Part shown: one piece after another, positions 52,438 through 62,940 of the stretch
How the letters are laid out: every line of letters begins with the position of its first letter
Numbering within the stretch: the stretch's first letter is position 1
Source of the DNA: an uncultured delta proteobacterium
Lineage (GTDB): Bacteria > Desulfobacterota > BSN033 > UBA1163
NCBI GenBank assembly: GCA_963708295.1
Contig: CAVPSJ010000012.1
Span: 208,355-272,354 of the forward strand
Direction of reading: 5' to 3'
DNA: 64,000 nt
The notes under the pieces: generated by a model
What the model was told of the DNA's origin: nothing
The model's input: the letters and a program-made list of their open reading frames with translations, nothing else
The model's database searches: none
Position numbers and translations under genes: made by a program

Positions 52438-53163
52438 TCACATGCCCCTGATTACCCCTTGCCGGAATATCGGCACAAGAGGGGTCATGTCAATTTGAGC
52501 GCAATAAGCAAGGTCCTCCTCAAAGCTGCGATGAATCAACTCTTTTCCGTGATGGGAAAGGTGAAAAGCCTCTACCAGATTGTCTTTGAACCTCTGAAAC
52601 AGGATCTGAGCACAATAGGAGGCATCGGTCAAAACAACCTCTTCTTTCTCTCTTCTTAAGATCAGGTCAATCAACATTCCTCCGCAGAGGGTATCCTCGA
52701 GAGAAAAATTTCCCTGATCTCCCGAAGGGAAGATGAAGAGGTCTCTCTCCGATTCAACACATCTCCGGGCAACGGCCCCGATATTGAGAAAACTTCCTGC
52801 CAAAATTTCTCTTCCGGAAGAAACCGCATGGAAAGCCTTTGTCCCGTTGGTGGTTGTCAGGATGATTTTTTTCCCTTCCACTCTCTCTGCAACGTATTCC
52901 CTCGGAGAGTTCCCCAAATCAAACCCCGGAATCTCCTTGCTCTCCCTTTCTCCTCCTAACAGGACAAACCCCCGCGGAAAGGCTTTCGCCATTCGAAAAG
53001 CCTCCTCTACGGTGGCCAGAGGAATGATCTCTGAGGCTCCTTGAGACATGGCCTGGACCGTGACAGAAGTTGCTCTGAGGACGTCAATGACGACAACCAC
53101 TCGATCAGAAAGAAGATTCGGATTGGGAGGAGATGGCAAGAATTGAATATCGATGCGCATCAA
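52438..53163 (-). CDS. comB: 2-phosphosulfolactate phosphatase family protein
   Basis: VVIDVLRATS, GGER, FDLGNSP, TTTNGT, FSLEDTLCGG. Confidence 0.92.
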   Translation of the reverse strand: MMRIDIQFLPSPPNPNLLSDRVVVVIDVLRATSVTVQAMSQGASEIIPLATVEEAFRMAKAFPRGFVLLGGERESKEIPGFDLGNSPREYVAERVEGKKIILTTTNGTKAFHAVSSGREILAGSFLNIGAVARRCVESERDLFIFPSGDQGNFSLEDTLCGGMLIDLILRREKEEVVLTDASYCAQILFQRFKDNLVEAFHLSHHGKELIHRSFEEDLAYCAQIDMTPLVPIFRQGVIRGM

Positions 53164-53341
53164 TAAAAATTATCACACCTCTGAGCCTAATTCAAGGACT
53201 GCCCGCTACCCCGGATGGATCATCAACTTTTTGGCGGGAGAGGTTGCAATTTGGAATGGGAGATGTTATTTTGGAATTTGGGTCGGGTAAAACAGAATTC
53301 GGATGTCCTGAAATTCTTTATTCAGACAGGAAGGCGATCGA

Positions 53342-53848
53342 ATGAGGGTATTTTGCGCAGCAGTTACTTCGTTGTTTCTGCTGTTTTTTTTCGCTTCCTC
53401 TCTCTGGGCAGTGGTCGACGAATATACCCCTCCTCCGATGACCGAGGGCCTGTACCCCTGCAGCAACTGTCATGCCTCGATGGAGGTCAATCGGAAGAAG
53501 CGGGAGTTGAAGGAAGAGCATACCGATATCAAACTCCATCACGCCGAAACGATGCGGTGGTGCCTCGACTGCCATGACGCAGGAAATAGAGATAAGCTGA
53601 GGTTGTTCAACGGCGAGCTGATAAAATTCACCGAGAGTTATCGGCTCTGCGGCGAATGTCATGGGCCTCAATACAGAGATTGGAGAGCGGGTATTCATGG
53701 GAAAAGAACGGGATACTTTACGGGCTCCGGGAAAAGAACCTACTTCCTCTGTGCCCATTGCCATGACCCCCATGAGCCAAAATTTAAACCATTAAAGCCC
53801 GAGCCTCCACCGCATCATCCGAAAGAAGATCACGATGCAAGATCGTAA
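53342..53848 (+). CDS. Periplasmic tetraheme cytochrome c
   Basis: Signal peptide; CSNCH, CLDCH, CGECH, CAHCH. Confidence 0.9.
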   Translation: MRVFCAAVTSLFLLFFFASSLWAVVDEYTPPPMTEGLYPCSNCHASMEVNRKKRELKEEHTDIKLHHAETMRWCLDCHDAGNRDKLRLFNGELIKFTESYRLCGECHGPQYRDWRAGIHGKRTGYFTGSGKRTYFLCAHCHDPHEPKFKPLKPEPPPHHPKEDHDARS

Positions 53849-54749
53849 GAATAGACATTATACGCGAAGAGAGTTTCTCCGCAATCTTTCCCTGACCGCT
53901 GCGGCAGGTGCTTCTCTCCCCCTGCTCTCCTCTTGCTCCAAGGAAGAAACCGAGGATTTCCTGCAGAAACATTTTCGGGAAATGACACCTGAAGATAAGA
54001 AACGGGTCATCGCGAAGCTGGAAGAGAGATACTCGCAGAAATATGGAAGAAAATTCCAGATCAGCACCCAAGCGGCCGTTCCTGATACTTTTTGGGCATA
54101 CGGCCTGGAGCTTTCCCGATGCATTGGGTGCCGAAGATGCGTCTACGCCTGTGTGAAAGAGAATAACCAGTCCCGCCATGATCCTCAACTTCAGTGGATC
54201 AGGGTTCTCAGACTCAAGAGAGGAAACCTGATCAACCTTGAAAACTCTGAACATTACTATAACCCTGACCTGGTTCCGGAAAAAGGATTCATCTATCTTC
54301 CCGTTCAGTGCCAGCAGTGTCAGGAACCTCCCTGTGTGAAGGTATGTCCTGTCCATGCCACCTGGCAAGAACCGGATGGTATCGTCGTGGTCGATTACAA
54401 CTGGTGCATCGGTTGCAGGTACTGCATTGCAGCCTGCCCCTATAAGGGGAGAGTCTTCAACTGGGCCGAGCCAAACATTCCAAAAGAGGAGATCAATCCC
54501 TCTGTTCACTATCTTGGAAACCGACCCAGAATGAAGTGCGCCGTGGAAAAATGCACCTTTTGTATCCAGCGGGTGAGAAATGGAAGATATCCTGCCTGTG
54601 TGGAAGCCTGTCCCACAGGAACGAGGAAATTTGGCAATCTTCTCGATCCAAACAGCGAAATGCGTTATATCATCGACCGAAAGCGGGTCTTCCGGCTCAA
54701 GGAAGATTTAGGTACAGAACCGAAGTTTTATTACTTCTTTGAATCATAG
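53835..54749 (+). CDS. Tat-exported 4Fe-4S protein (NrfC/DsrO-like)
   Basis: TRREFL; four Cys clusters; LGTEPK. Confidence 0.92.
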   Translation: MQDRKNRHYTRREFLRNLSLTAAAGASLPLLSSCSKEETEDFLQKHFREMTPEDKKRVIAKLEERYSQKYGRKFQISTQAAVPDTFWAYGLELSRCIGCRRCVYACVKENNQSRHDPQLQWIRVLRLKRGNLINLENSEHYYNPDLVPEKGFIYLPVQCQQCQEPPCVKVCPVHATWQEPDGIVVVDYNWCIGCRYCIAACPYKGRVFNWAEPNIPKEEINPSVHYLGNRPRMKCAVEKCTFCIQRVRNGRYPACVEACPTGTRKFGNLLDPNSEMRYIIDRKRVFRLKEDLGTEPKFYYFFES

Positions 54750-54757
54750 AAAGGCAT

Positions 54758-56062
54758 ATGGAAAAGTTTCGGGAAACGTTGCATGAGACATGGCATTTTT
54801 ACAGGAGGACCCTGACCCTTGTGGCCAAGGGGAACAAGTTGTACTATGCCTGGTGTTTCTCCCTCATGGCAATTATCGTCGTGGGCTTCGTATTCTATTT
54901 GAAGCAGCACGATGTCGGGTTAATCGCAACAAACATGAATGACCAGGTTTCCTGGGGTCTCTACATTGCCAATTTCACTTATCTGGTCGGGGCTGCGGCA
55001 GCTGCGGTTCTGCTGGTCATTCCTTCCTATGTCTACCATTTCAAACCGATCAAAGAGATCGTCGTCCTCGGGGAACTCTTCGCCGCGTCCTCCATCGTGA
55101 TGGCCATCCTCTTTGTGATGGTGGACCTCGGGAGGCTCGACCGGTTCTGGCACATGATTCCCTTTATTGGATTGATGAACTTTCCCCAATCGCTTTTGGC
55201 CTGGGATGTCCTTGCTCTCAATGGTTATTTATTCCTGAATCTTCTTATCCCGATCTATCTTTTAGTCAAATTCTACTACCGGAAAGAACCCAACTGGAAA
55301 TTCATCCTTCCATTCATCTTACTCTCTATCCCAATGGCGGTCGCTATTCACACCGTCACCGCCTTCCTGTATAATGGCCTTCCTGCCCGTCCCTTCTGGA
55401 ATGCCTCGATCCTTGCTCCGAGGTTTCTGGCCAGCGCCTTCTGTTCAGGGCCTGCCATCATCATCATCATTTTTCAGATCATCCGAAAGGTATCCACCTC
55501 CAGAATAGAGATCGAGGATGAGGCCCTTTTCAAGATTTCGGAGCTGATCGCCTATGCCATGTTTCTCAACCTTTTCCTTCTCTCTGCTGAGATATTTAAG
55601 GAGTATTATTCTCAAACGGTCCATATTGCATCCTTTAAATACCTGTTTGAAGGTCTCCATGGCCACAAGCAGCTTGTGCCCTGGATATGGGCGGCGATGA
55701 CGATGAATGTCATCGCATTCTTCATCTTTCTGATCCCTCAAACCCGGAAACGGTTAACCACCCTCAACTTAGGCTGTTTGCTCGTGATCATAGGAGTCTG
55801 GATTGAAAAAGGGCCTGGTTTTGTCATCCCCGGATTCGTCCCGGATCCTCTGGGCGAGATCTTCGAATATATTCCTAATTTCTTAGAGCTCATGGTCTCC
55901 TTCGGCATCTGGGCAACGGGGCTCCTCATCTTCACCCTTTTGATGAAGGTGGCCATTCCTATTGAGACAGGAGAATTCAGCCACGTCAGTTATGTTGAAC
56001 GAAGCTTCAGGAGAGAAGAAGAAAATCAGGCCTGGAAACAAGGTTCTTTCAGAAAGTTTTAG
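54758..56062 (+). CDS. NrfD/PsrC-family membrane protein (DsrP-like)
   Basis: VSWGLYIANFTY, DLGRLDR, HTVTAFL, APRFLASA. Confidence 0.92.
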   Translation: MEKFRETLHETWHFYRRTLTLVAKGNKLYYAWCFSLMAIIVVGFVFYLKQHDVGLIATNMNDQVSWGLYIANFTYLVGAAAAAVLLVIPSYVYHFKPIKEIVVLGELFAASSIVMAILFVMVDLGRLDRFWHMIPFIGLMNFPQSLLAWDVLALNGYLFLNLLIPIYLLVKFYYRKEPNWKFILPFILLSIPMAVAIHTVTAFLYNGLPARPFWNASILAPRFLASAFCSGPAIIIIIFQIIRKVSTSRIEIEDEALFKISELIAYAMFLNLFLLSAEIFKEYYSQTVHIASFKYLFEGLHGHKQLVPWIWAAMTMNVIAFFIFLIPQTRKRLTTLNLGCLLVIIGVWIEKGPGFVIPGFVPDPLGEIFEYIPNFLELMVSFGIWATGLLIFTLLMKVAIPIETGEFSHVSYVERSFRREEENQAWKQGSFRKF

Positions 56063-56244
56063 ATTCATCTCCAAAAATACAGTATTTTCTTCCGAAAAAT
56101 ACTTATTTCATTGTATTTACTCTGCAAGACCCATTCCCGTAAGATAATTACATCTGACAAAGAGTGACGTTTATCATCCATGTGGAATCTACAGGAATCG
56201 GGTGATTCTCCGGATAGACCGATGTTCACCGAAGGGTTCATAGC

Positions 56245-56741
56245 ATGAAATTTTTCCTCCTTGGATTGGCGGCCGGGTTTCTTTTGCTCTTCCTTATCGT
56301 CAGTTTTGGTTTTGGCTCCAAGACCGAGCAACCGATCTCATTCAACCATAAGAAGCATCTCGAACAAGGGTTCGGAGTGTGACTGCCTGTCACCGGTTCT
56401 TCAAAACCCAAACCTTCTCCGGAATACCCGACCTAGCCACCTGCCTTGAATGCCATAAAGAACCCGTTACCCAATCCTCCGAAGAAGAAAAGATCAGACA
56501 ATTTCAAAAAAAGGGACAAGAAATTCCTTGGAGACGGATTTATGGACAACCGGACCATGTCTTCTTTTCTCATCGCCGTCATGCCGTCTTAGGGAAGATA
56601 CCCTGTGCGACTTGCCATGGAGATATTGGACAGAGCGAAAGACCCCCTACGAAGCCATGGGTGAAGATGACCATGAATTGGTGTATGGATTGCCATACGA
56701 AGAACAAAGTGACGAATGACTGTTTGGCGTGCCATGTCTAA
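56245..56741 (+). CDS. Membrane-anchored pentaheme cytochrome c (QrcA/ActA-like), frameshifted near 56375
   Basis: QPISFNHKKH; CLECH, FSHRRH, CATCH, MNWCMDCH, CLACH; first motif (C)TACH broken by indels. Confidence 0.88.
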
Positions 56742-56870
56742 AAATGGAATACTGAAATAATGCAGAAGAGTTCGGAGTAACGGGTTACAAACTGAATCAA
56801 TCGATGACGGATTCTTCTATAACTCCGATCACTCCAGTACTCCAGCTATATCACTCCATTACTCCAATTG
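56742..56870. repeat. Inverted octamer array (TGGARTAM / ACTCCA)
   Basis: atggaatactgaaataatg..ggagtaacgg ... actccgatcactccagtactccag..cactccattactcca. Confidence 0.6.
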
Positions 56871-56880
56871 GGATCATACG

Positions 56881-59265
56881 ATGAAAATTAACCGAAGAGA
56901 TTTTTTGAAGATGGGTGGAGGGGCAGGCGTTGCCATTGCCCTGGGAGGTGGTTTTTGGAAGTGGTCTCAATTCCCTGCGGGTGAGGAAACCAATTTCCCG
57001 GGGATTGAAAAGTGGGTTCCCACGATCTGCGGCCAATGCACAGGCGGGTGTGGAATCTTAGTGAGGGTGATTGACGGATGGGCGGTCAATATCGCTGGAA
57101 ACCCTCTTCACCCGGTGAATCGGGGAACTCTTTGTCCCAAAGGAATTGCAGGCCTTCAAGGTCTTTACGATCCAGACCGCATCCGATCTCCTCTGAAAAG
57201 GGTCGGCAAAAGAGGGGAAGGTCGTTGGAAACCCATCTCCTGGGATGAAGCCCTCCAAGCGGTCACCGACTCTTTAAAGGAACTTCGACGAAATGGAGAG
57301 CCTCACCGGCTTGCTGTTTTGGGAGGCAAATACAGAGGGTTGATGAGATCCCTCTGGGAGCGTTTTCTGGAGGCTTTTGGTTCACCCAACTATATTGATC
57401 ATCAGTTCGAGTGGGAAGGGACACCGAATGAAGGACTCCTCCTCACCCAGGGAATTTACTCGACGCCGGCTTACGATTTAGAAAATGTGCAATATCTCCT
57501 CTCTTTTGGTTCGGAACTTCTCGAATCCTATTGGTCCCCTGTCCAAGCTCTGAGGGCTTATGGCCATTTCAGGAGAGGAAAGCCCGGACAGCGAGGAAAG
57601 CTGGTTCAAATCGATCCGCGCCTTTCTGTCACCGGGATCAAAGCGGATGAGTGGATTCCCATCCAACCTGGCGCAGAGGGAATCCTTGCTCTCGGCATTG
57701 CGCACATGATCATTAAAGAAGGCCTGTACAAAAAAGACTTTGTTTCCAGTCATACCTTTGGATTTGAAAGCTGGACCGACGAAAAGGGAAAGGAACACCT
57801 CGGCTTTAAAGAACTCGTGCTCTCTGAGTATGAACCGAATGTGGTCTCCCAAAAGACGGGGGTCCCCGTTGATACCATTATTCGTTTGGCCCGGGAATTT
57901 TCAACAAATCAACCTTCCCTTGCGATGGGTTATCGAGATCGCCCCTTCCACCAGATGGCCGTCTCTGTATTGAATGGGTTGGCGGGAAGTATCGATTCGA
58001 TCGGGGGAGTTTTGATTCCTCGAAGCATTCCTTATCAAACCCTTCCTCCTTTTAAAACGGACGCCCTTGCACAAAAAGGCATGGATCAAGAAAGGATTGA
58101 CGGAGGAAAGGGACTTCAGAAGGCAATGCATCAGCCTTACCTTTTCGCCAAAAATGTGCTCTCGGGAAAACCCTATAAACCAAAGGTTCTTTTTCTTTAC
58201 TATAGCAACCCTCTCTTTTCCAATCCCAAACCGGATCTGTTTGCAAAGGCATTTGCAGAGATTCCTTTCATTGTCAGTTTTTCTCCATATATGGACGACA
58301 GTACTCAATTTGCAGACCTTATTCTTCCAGACCATACCCCCTTGGAGCGGTGGCAGGACGATCCTCTTTTCTTAAACAACGGTTTTCCCGTTCTTGGAAT
58401 TCGTCAACCCGTCATTGGACCTCTCTATCAGACCAAGGCCACGGGAGACGTCCTTCTCACCCTTGCGAAATCTTTGGGAGGAGAATTCAGAAATGCCCTT
58501 CCCTGGAACGATTTTAAAGAGGTGATGATCTACGGTCTGAAAGGCATCTTTGAGGCCAAACGAGGAGATGTCTTCGGCCCCCAATTTGATGAGGCTTGGA
58601 TCCGTCTCCTTCAAAAAGGGGGATGGTCGGCCCCCTCCTTCAAAACCTTTGAAGAGTTCTGGAAATTAGTTCAGGAGAAGGGGGGATGGTGGGATCCTCT
58701 TTATGATTTTGGAGAGTGGGACCGTGTCTTTCAAACCCCTTCCAAGAAATTTCAATTCTATGCTCAGGAATTAAAACGCATGCCCTTTTCTCTCCTCTCA
58801 AAAACGGGTGGGGATTCGAACCTTCTTCCTCATTGGGAAGAGCCGAAGAAGGGGAGTGATGAAAAAGCCTATCCTTTTCAACTTCATATTTTTAAAACGA
58901 TGACCTTAACAGGAAGCAGAAATGCGAATCAACCCTGGCTCTCAGAGAGCATGGGTCCCCATCTCTTCGAAAGATGGGAAACATGGGTGGAGATGAACCC
59001 CCATACCGCAAAGGAACTCGGGATCTCAGACAAGGATTGGGTCTGGGTAGAATCGGATTATGGGAAAATTAAAGTGAAGGCGAGATTGTATCAAGGGGCA
59101 GCCCCCCATGTTGTGAACATCCCTTTTGGGATGGGTCACACTTCCGGAGGTCGCTGGACCCAAGGGTTGGGGGCAAACCCTTATCAACTTCTGGGGGATG
59201 ATTTGGATCCATTAACCGGCAATCCGATTGGCCGATCTGTCCGAGTCAAGATTTATAAAGCATAG
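56881..59265 (+). CDS. Tat-exported molybdopterin oxidoreductase-family subunit (QrcB/PsrA-like)
   Basis: NRRDFLK; CGQCTGGC...LCPKG; YDPDRIRSPLKR; ADLILP; C-terminal molydop-binding domain. Confidence 0.92.
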   Translation: MKINRRDFLKMGGGAGVAIALGGGFWKWSQFPAGEETNFPGIEKWVPTICGQCTGGCGILVRVIDGWAVNIAGNPLHPVNRGTLCPKGIAGLQGLYDPDRIRSPLKRVGKRGEGRWKPISWDEALQAVTDSLKELRRNGEPHRLAVLGGKYRGLMRSLWERFLEAFGSPNYIDHQFEWEGTPNEGLLLTQGIYSTPAYDLENVQYLLSFGSELLESYWSPVQALRAYGHFRRGKPGQRGKLVQIDPRLSVTGIKADEWIPIQPGAEGILALGIAHMIIKEGLYKKDFVSSHTFGFESWTDEKGKEHLGFKELVLSEYEPNVVSQKTGVPVDTIIRLAREFSTNQPSLAMGYRDRPFHQMAVSVLNGLAGSIDSIGGVLIPRSIPYQTLPPFKTDALAQKGMDQERIDGGKGLQKAMHQPYLFAKNVLSGKPYKPKVLFLYYSNPLFSNPKPDLFAKAFAEIPFIVSFSPYMDDSTQFADLILPDHTPLERWQDDPLFLNNGFPVLGIRQPVIGPLYQTKATGDVLLTLAKSLGGEFRNALPWNDFKEVMIYGLKGIFEAKRGDVFGPQFDEAWIRLLQKGGWSAPSFKTFEEFWKLVQEKGGWWDPLYDFGEWDRVFQTPSKKFQFYAQELKRMPFSLLSKTGGDSNLLPHWEEPKKGSDEKAYPFQLHIFKTMTLTGSRNANQPWLSESMGPHLFERWETWVEMNPHTAKELGISDKDWVWVESDYGKIKVKARLYQGAAPHVVNIPFGMGHTSGGRWTQGLGANPYQLLGDDLDPLTGNPIGRSVRVKIYKA

Positions 59266-59269
59266 ATTA

Positions 59270-59432
59270 AACAATGAAATTTCAAATCCGAATCTCAAAA
59301 TCCGAAACAAATCCAAAATTCAAATGTTCAAATACCAGTAATGTTTTGGATTTTACATTTGGGCATTGAGATTTCTTTGAATTTGCCTGCCTGCGCAAAC
59401 GTCGGCAGGCAGGGATTTCGTGCTTCGAAATT
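59270..59432. repeat. Inverted heptamer array with nested CCTGCCTG..CAGGCAGG palindrome
   Basis: aaatccgaatctcaaaatccgaaacaaatccaaaattcaaat ... gatttcgtgcttcgaaatt; same family as 42025-42190. Confidence 0.6.
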
Positions 59433-59446
59433 GAGGAGGTGACTCA

Positions 59447-60130
59447 ATGCATCGTTGGGGGATGGTCATCGATTTAGATAAATGTTCTGGATGTCAGGCC
59501 TGTGTCGTTGCCTGCCATGCAGAAAACAATGTGGGGATCATCGGACCCGAAGAATCAGCGAAAGGTCGCACGATCAGCTGGATAGAATTGATCCCTTATT
59601 TCGAGGGGGAATATCCTCATATCAAGGCCAGACTGCTTCCCAGGCCTTGTATGCATTGCGATCACCCTCCTTGTACCAAGGTGTGCCCCGTCAACGCCAC
59701 TTACAAAAACGAAGAAGGGTTAGTGGCACAGATCAATCATCGATGCATTGGTTGCCGATACTGTACAACGGCATGTCCTTATACCGTTAAGTATTTCAAT
59801 TGGTACGCCCCTCAATGGCCAAAAGAGATGAAGGGATCTCTCAATCGAGACGTCTCGATTCGGACAAAAGGGGTCGTTGAAAAATGCAGTTTCTGCAGTC
59901 ATCGTCTTCTCAAAGCAAGAGAGAAAGTGAAAGCAGAGGGGAGAGATCTTCTACCGGAGGACTACATTCCGGCCTGCGTCCAAGCCTGCCCAAGCGGGGC
60001 GATGTATTTCGGCGACCTGAATGATCCCTTCAGTGCCGTATCCAGCCTCTCCAGGGAGAGAAGAGCCTTCCGGTTAATGGAGGATTTAGGAACAGAGCCG
60101 AAGGTTTATTATCTTTCAGAAGGAATGTGA
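59447..60130 (+). CDS. 4Fe-4S protein (QrcC/NrfC-like)
   Basis: WGMVIDLDKCSGCQAC, CMHCDHPPC, CIGCRYC, EKCSFC. Confidence 0.93.
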   Translation: MHRWGMVIDLDKCSGCQACVVACHAENNVGIIGPEESAKGRTISWIELIPYFEGEYPHIKARLLPRPCMHCDHPPCTKVCPVNATYKNEEGLVAQINHRCIGCRYCTTACPYTVKYFNWYAPQWPKEMKGSLNRDVSIRTKGVVEKCSFCSHRLLKAREKVKAEGRDLLPEDYIPACVQACPSGAMYFGDLNDPFSAVSSLSRERRAFRLMEDLGTEPKVYYLSEGM

Positions 60131-61464
60131 TGAACGAAAATCACTTGAATGTGAAGGAAGACGCGATTCTATTCGATCCCATTAGGAAAACGGGAAAGCC
60201 CTTTTATATCACCCTCTCTATCCTCGGGGTCGTCATCCTCTGGGGGGTATGGGCCTACCTTTACCAATACCGTAACGGACTGGGGGTCACGGGCTTGGCG
60301 AGGCCGATCTTCTGGGGGGTTTACATCACCAATTTCGTCTTCTTTATCGGCATTAGCCATGCAGGGACACTCATCTCAGCGATCCTTCGTCTTGCTAAAG
60401 CAGAATGGCGAAGGTCGATCACCCGTTCCGCAGAGGTCATTACCGTCCTCGTCCTCTTCTTTGGTGTAGGAAACATATTGATGGATTTGGGAAGACCAGA
60501 CAGAATGTTGAACATCATCCAATTTGCTCAATTTCAATCGCCTCTTCTCTGGGATGTCTCGAGCATCACTGTTTATCTCACTGCGAGTACCATCTACCTT
60601 TACCTTCCCTTGATCCCAGACATTGCTCTCCTCAGGGATTACAGTGGAAAATGGAATTGGTTTTACCGGATCTTGGCTCTGGGTTGGAGGGGAACAGAAA
60701 AACAGCATCACTTACTGGAAAAAGGAATCTCTTTTATGGCCATTCTTGTGATTCCGGTGGCCATCTCTGTTCATACCGTGGTTTCCTTTGTCTTTGCCAT
60801 GACCATCCAGCCCATGTGGCATAGCGCTATCTTTGGCCCCTATTTCGTCGCAGGAGCCATCTTCTCTGGAATTGCTGCCCTTATTGTGGCAATGAATGTG
60901 ATCCGCAAGGTCTACCATTTGGAAGACTATTTGAGACCTATCCATTTCAACAATCTCGGGATTCTTCTCCTGGTGATGACCCTCTTATGGTTTTACTTTA
61001 CCTTCACCGAGTATCTCACTACTTTCTATGGAGGGGAGCCCCTTCACATGACCATTTTCTGGTCGAAATTTACGGGAAATTTTGCCCCTTACTTCTGGGG
61101 AATGTTCCTCTTCTGCTTTGTCATCCCCTTGCCTCTTCTCAGCTTCAAGAAAACACGAACTCCGAAGGGCACTTTAATCGCTTCGATTTCTGTGGTCATC
61201 GGGATGTGGTTAGAGAGGTTTGTCATCGTGGTTCCTACCTTAACCAATCCAAGGGTTCCCAATGAAGCGGTCATTTACTCTCCCACCTGGATCGAATGGT
61301 CCATCTTTGCAAGCTGCATTTCTTTTTTCATTCTCCTTTACATGATCTTCACGAAATTCTTTCCCATTGTCTCGATCTGGGAAATAAGAGAAGGCAGGGA
61401 AAAATCGATGGCCGAAGTTCAAGAACGAATCAAAACCTACCTCCCTGGAATTGGGATCGAATAA
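60127..61464 (+). CDS. NrfD-family membrane protein (ActC/QrcD-like)
   Basis: WGVYITNFVFFIGISHAGTLISAIL, DLGRPDR, SPLLWD, SVHTVVS. Confidence 0.93.
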   Translation: MMNENHLNVKEDAILFDPIRKTGKPFYITLSILGVVILWGVWAYLYQYRNGLGVTGLARPIFWGVYITNFVFFIGISHAGTLISAILRLAKAEWRRSITRSAEVITVLVLFFGVGNILMDLGRPDRMLNIIQFAQFQSPLLWDVSSITVYLTASTIYLYLPLIPDIALLRDYSGKWNWFYRILALGWRGTEKQHHLLEKGISFMAILVIPVAISVHTVVSFVFAMTIQPMWHSAIFGPYFVAGAIFSGIAALIVAMNVIRKVYHLEDYLRPIHFNNLGILLLVMTLLWFYFTFTEYLTTFYGGEPLHMTIFWSKFTGNFAPYFWGMFLFCFVIPLPLLSFKKTRTPKGTLIASISVVIGMWLERFVIVVPTLTNPRVPNEAVIYSPTWIEWSIFASCISFFILLYMIFTKFFPIVSIWEIREGREKSMAEVQERIKTYLPGIGIE

Positions 61465-61587
61465 ACCCCGTTAGAAAGTCTTCTGCTTTCTAGCGGGAAG
61501 GCTCACACAGGGGCATTAAACACCGTGTTCGCTGAAAAAGGAATAGTTTTCATCCCCGCTGCAAACAGCAAGGCGTTCTAACGGGGT
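61465..61587. mobile_element. MITE with ACCCCGTTAGAA / TTCTAACGGGGT termini
   Basis: Perfect 12-bp terminal IR directly after the TAA stop; homologous to 28597-28750. Confidence 0.75.
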
Positions 61588-61599
61588 AGACATCAGCGC

Positions 61600-61725
61600 A
61601 AAATGGCCGATGATCAATGAACAACGATCAATAACCAATGGAAAAAGAAAACGATTGGCTATATGAGCGATGCCGAAGAGGGTTTTCATTGCTCATTGCT
61701 AATTGACCATTGAACATTTTGCAAT
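61600..61725. repeat. Inverted heptamer array (CAATRAN / CATTGMN)
   Basis: caatgaacaacgatcaataaccaatg ... cattgctcattgctaattgaccattgaacatt. Confidence 0.6.
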
Positions 61726-61747
61726 AATCTTTTCATCGGAGATCCTT

Positions 61748-62926
61748 ATGACCAAGAAAGCCACTATGATCGCTGGAGCCATTTCCCTCCTCATCGCTAC
61801 GTCTCTCATTGCCCAGTCTCTTCCTGAGGATCCAGCAAAAGGAAGCCGTCTGTTTGCGAATAAAGGGTGCGCTCGATGCCATGCCCTCAAGGGGGAAGGA
61901 GGGAAGATCGGACCCGACTTCGGCAGAGTAGACCTTGGGAATACCCCATTAGAGATGGTCGCCAAACTTTGGAACCATATCCCCTCCATGAATGTAGGAA
62001 TGGAGAGGGTCAAAATGATCAAACCCAATCTGACCGGACAGGAATTCACCGAAATCTCTGCCTATCTTTACTTTCTCAAATTTTTTGATGAACCTGGCGA
62101 TGCGACGCGAGGAAGATCTATCTTTCATGAAAAAGGGTGCGGCACCTGTCATCTTCTCTCCGGTAAAGGGAAGGAAGGCGAACCGGGTCTGGATCAGTTT
62201 CCACAAAATATTAGTCCGGTCTTCTTGGCCCAGTCGATCTGGAATCACGGCCCGGTCATGATTGCCCGCATGGTCTCCCTCGGGGTGAAGTGGCCGACCT
62301 TTGAGGGAACGGAGATGATGGATCTTCTGGAATATATCAAATTGAATGCGAAAGGGGGAAAAGAGACCGCCTTTATTACACCGGGAAGCCCGAGAGAAGG
62401 CAAACGAGTTTTTTCAGCGAAGGGTTGTATCAAATGCCATGCCATCCGGGGCGAAGGCGGAAAGGAAGCTGTGGACTTAGGGAAAAGAGCGAAAACTTTT
62501 TATAAAAGCCTTACCCAGATTGCTTCCAGCATGTGGAATAAGGGGCCTACTGTTTTAGCCAAGATGGGCCAGACCCAATTGGGAATTCCGAAATTCACTC
62601 CGAAGGAAATGGCGGATCTCATAGCCTATCTCTATTTCCTCCATTTCATTGATGAGCCAGGAAATCCGGTCAATGGGAAAAGGGTCTTTTCAGAGTTCGG
62701 GTGTTCCAAATGCCATGGGCTCGACGGGAAACCAGGCGGAATGATGACCCTCAGTCTCTCCAAGTACCAAAAAGCGGATAGTTCCATGGAGATCGTCGCG
62801 GGGGCCTGGAACCACAGCGCAGGGATTGAGAAGGCCATGGTTGAGAAGGGGGTCCCCTGGCCTCGGTTTAAGAAAGGAGAGTTAGCGGATCTGCTCGAAT
62901 TCATCCGCACCTCCAAACAGAAATAG
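61748..62926 (+). CDS. Cytochrome c with four tandem monoheme domains
   Basis: Signal peptide; CARCH, CGTCH, CIKCH, CSKCH, each followed by WN(H/K) and DL..Y/F segments. Confidence 0.9.
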   Translation: MTKKATMIAGAISLLIATSLIAQSLPEDPAKGSRLFANKGCARCHALKGEGGKIGPDFGRVDLGNTPLEMVAKLWNHIPSMNVGMERVKMIKPNLTGQEFTEISAYLYFLKFFDEPGDATRGRSIFHEKGCGTCHLLSGKGKEGEPGLDQFPQNISPVFLAQSIWNHGPVMIARMVSLGVKWPTFEGTEMMDLLEYIKLNAKGGKETAFITPGSPREGKRVFSAKGCIKCHAIRGEGGKEAVDLGKRAKTFYKSLTQIASSMWNKGPTVLAKMGQTQLGIPKFTPKEMADLIAYLYFLHFIDEPGNPVNGKRVFSEFGCSKCHGLDGKPGGMMTLSLSKYQKADSSMEIVAGAWNHSAGIEKAMVEKGVPWPRFKKGELADLLEFIRTSKQK

Positions 62927-62940
62927 AAAGGGATTGAGAG

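Noticed and set aside
53244-53282. TTGCAATTTGGAA sites as enhancers for the respiratory cluster
   Set aside because: No GG-N10-GC promoter downstream
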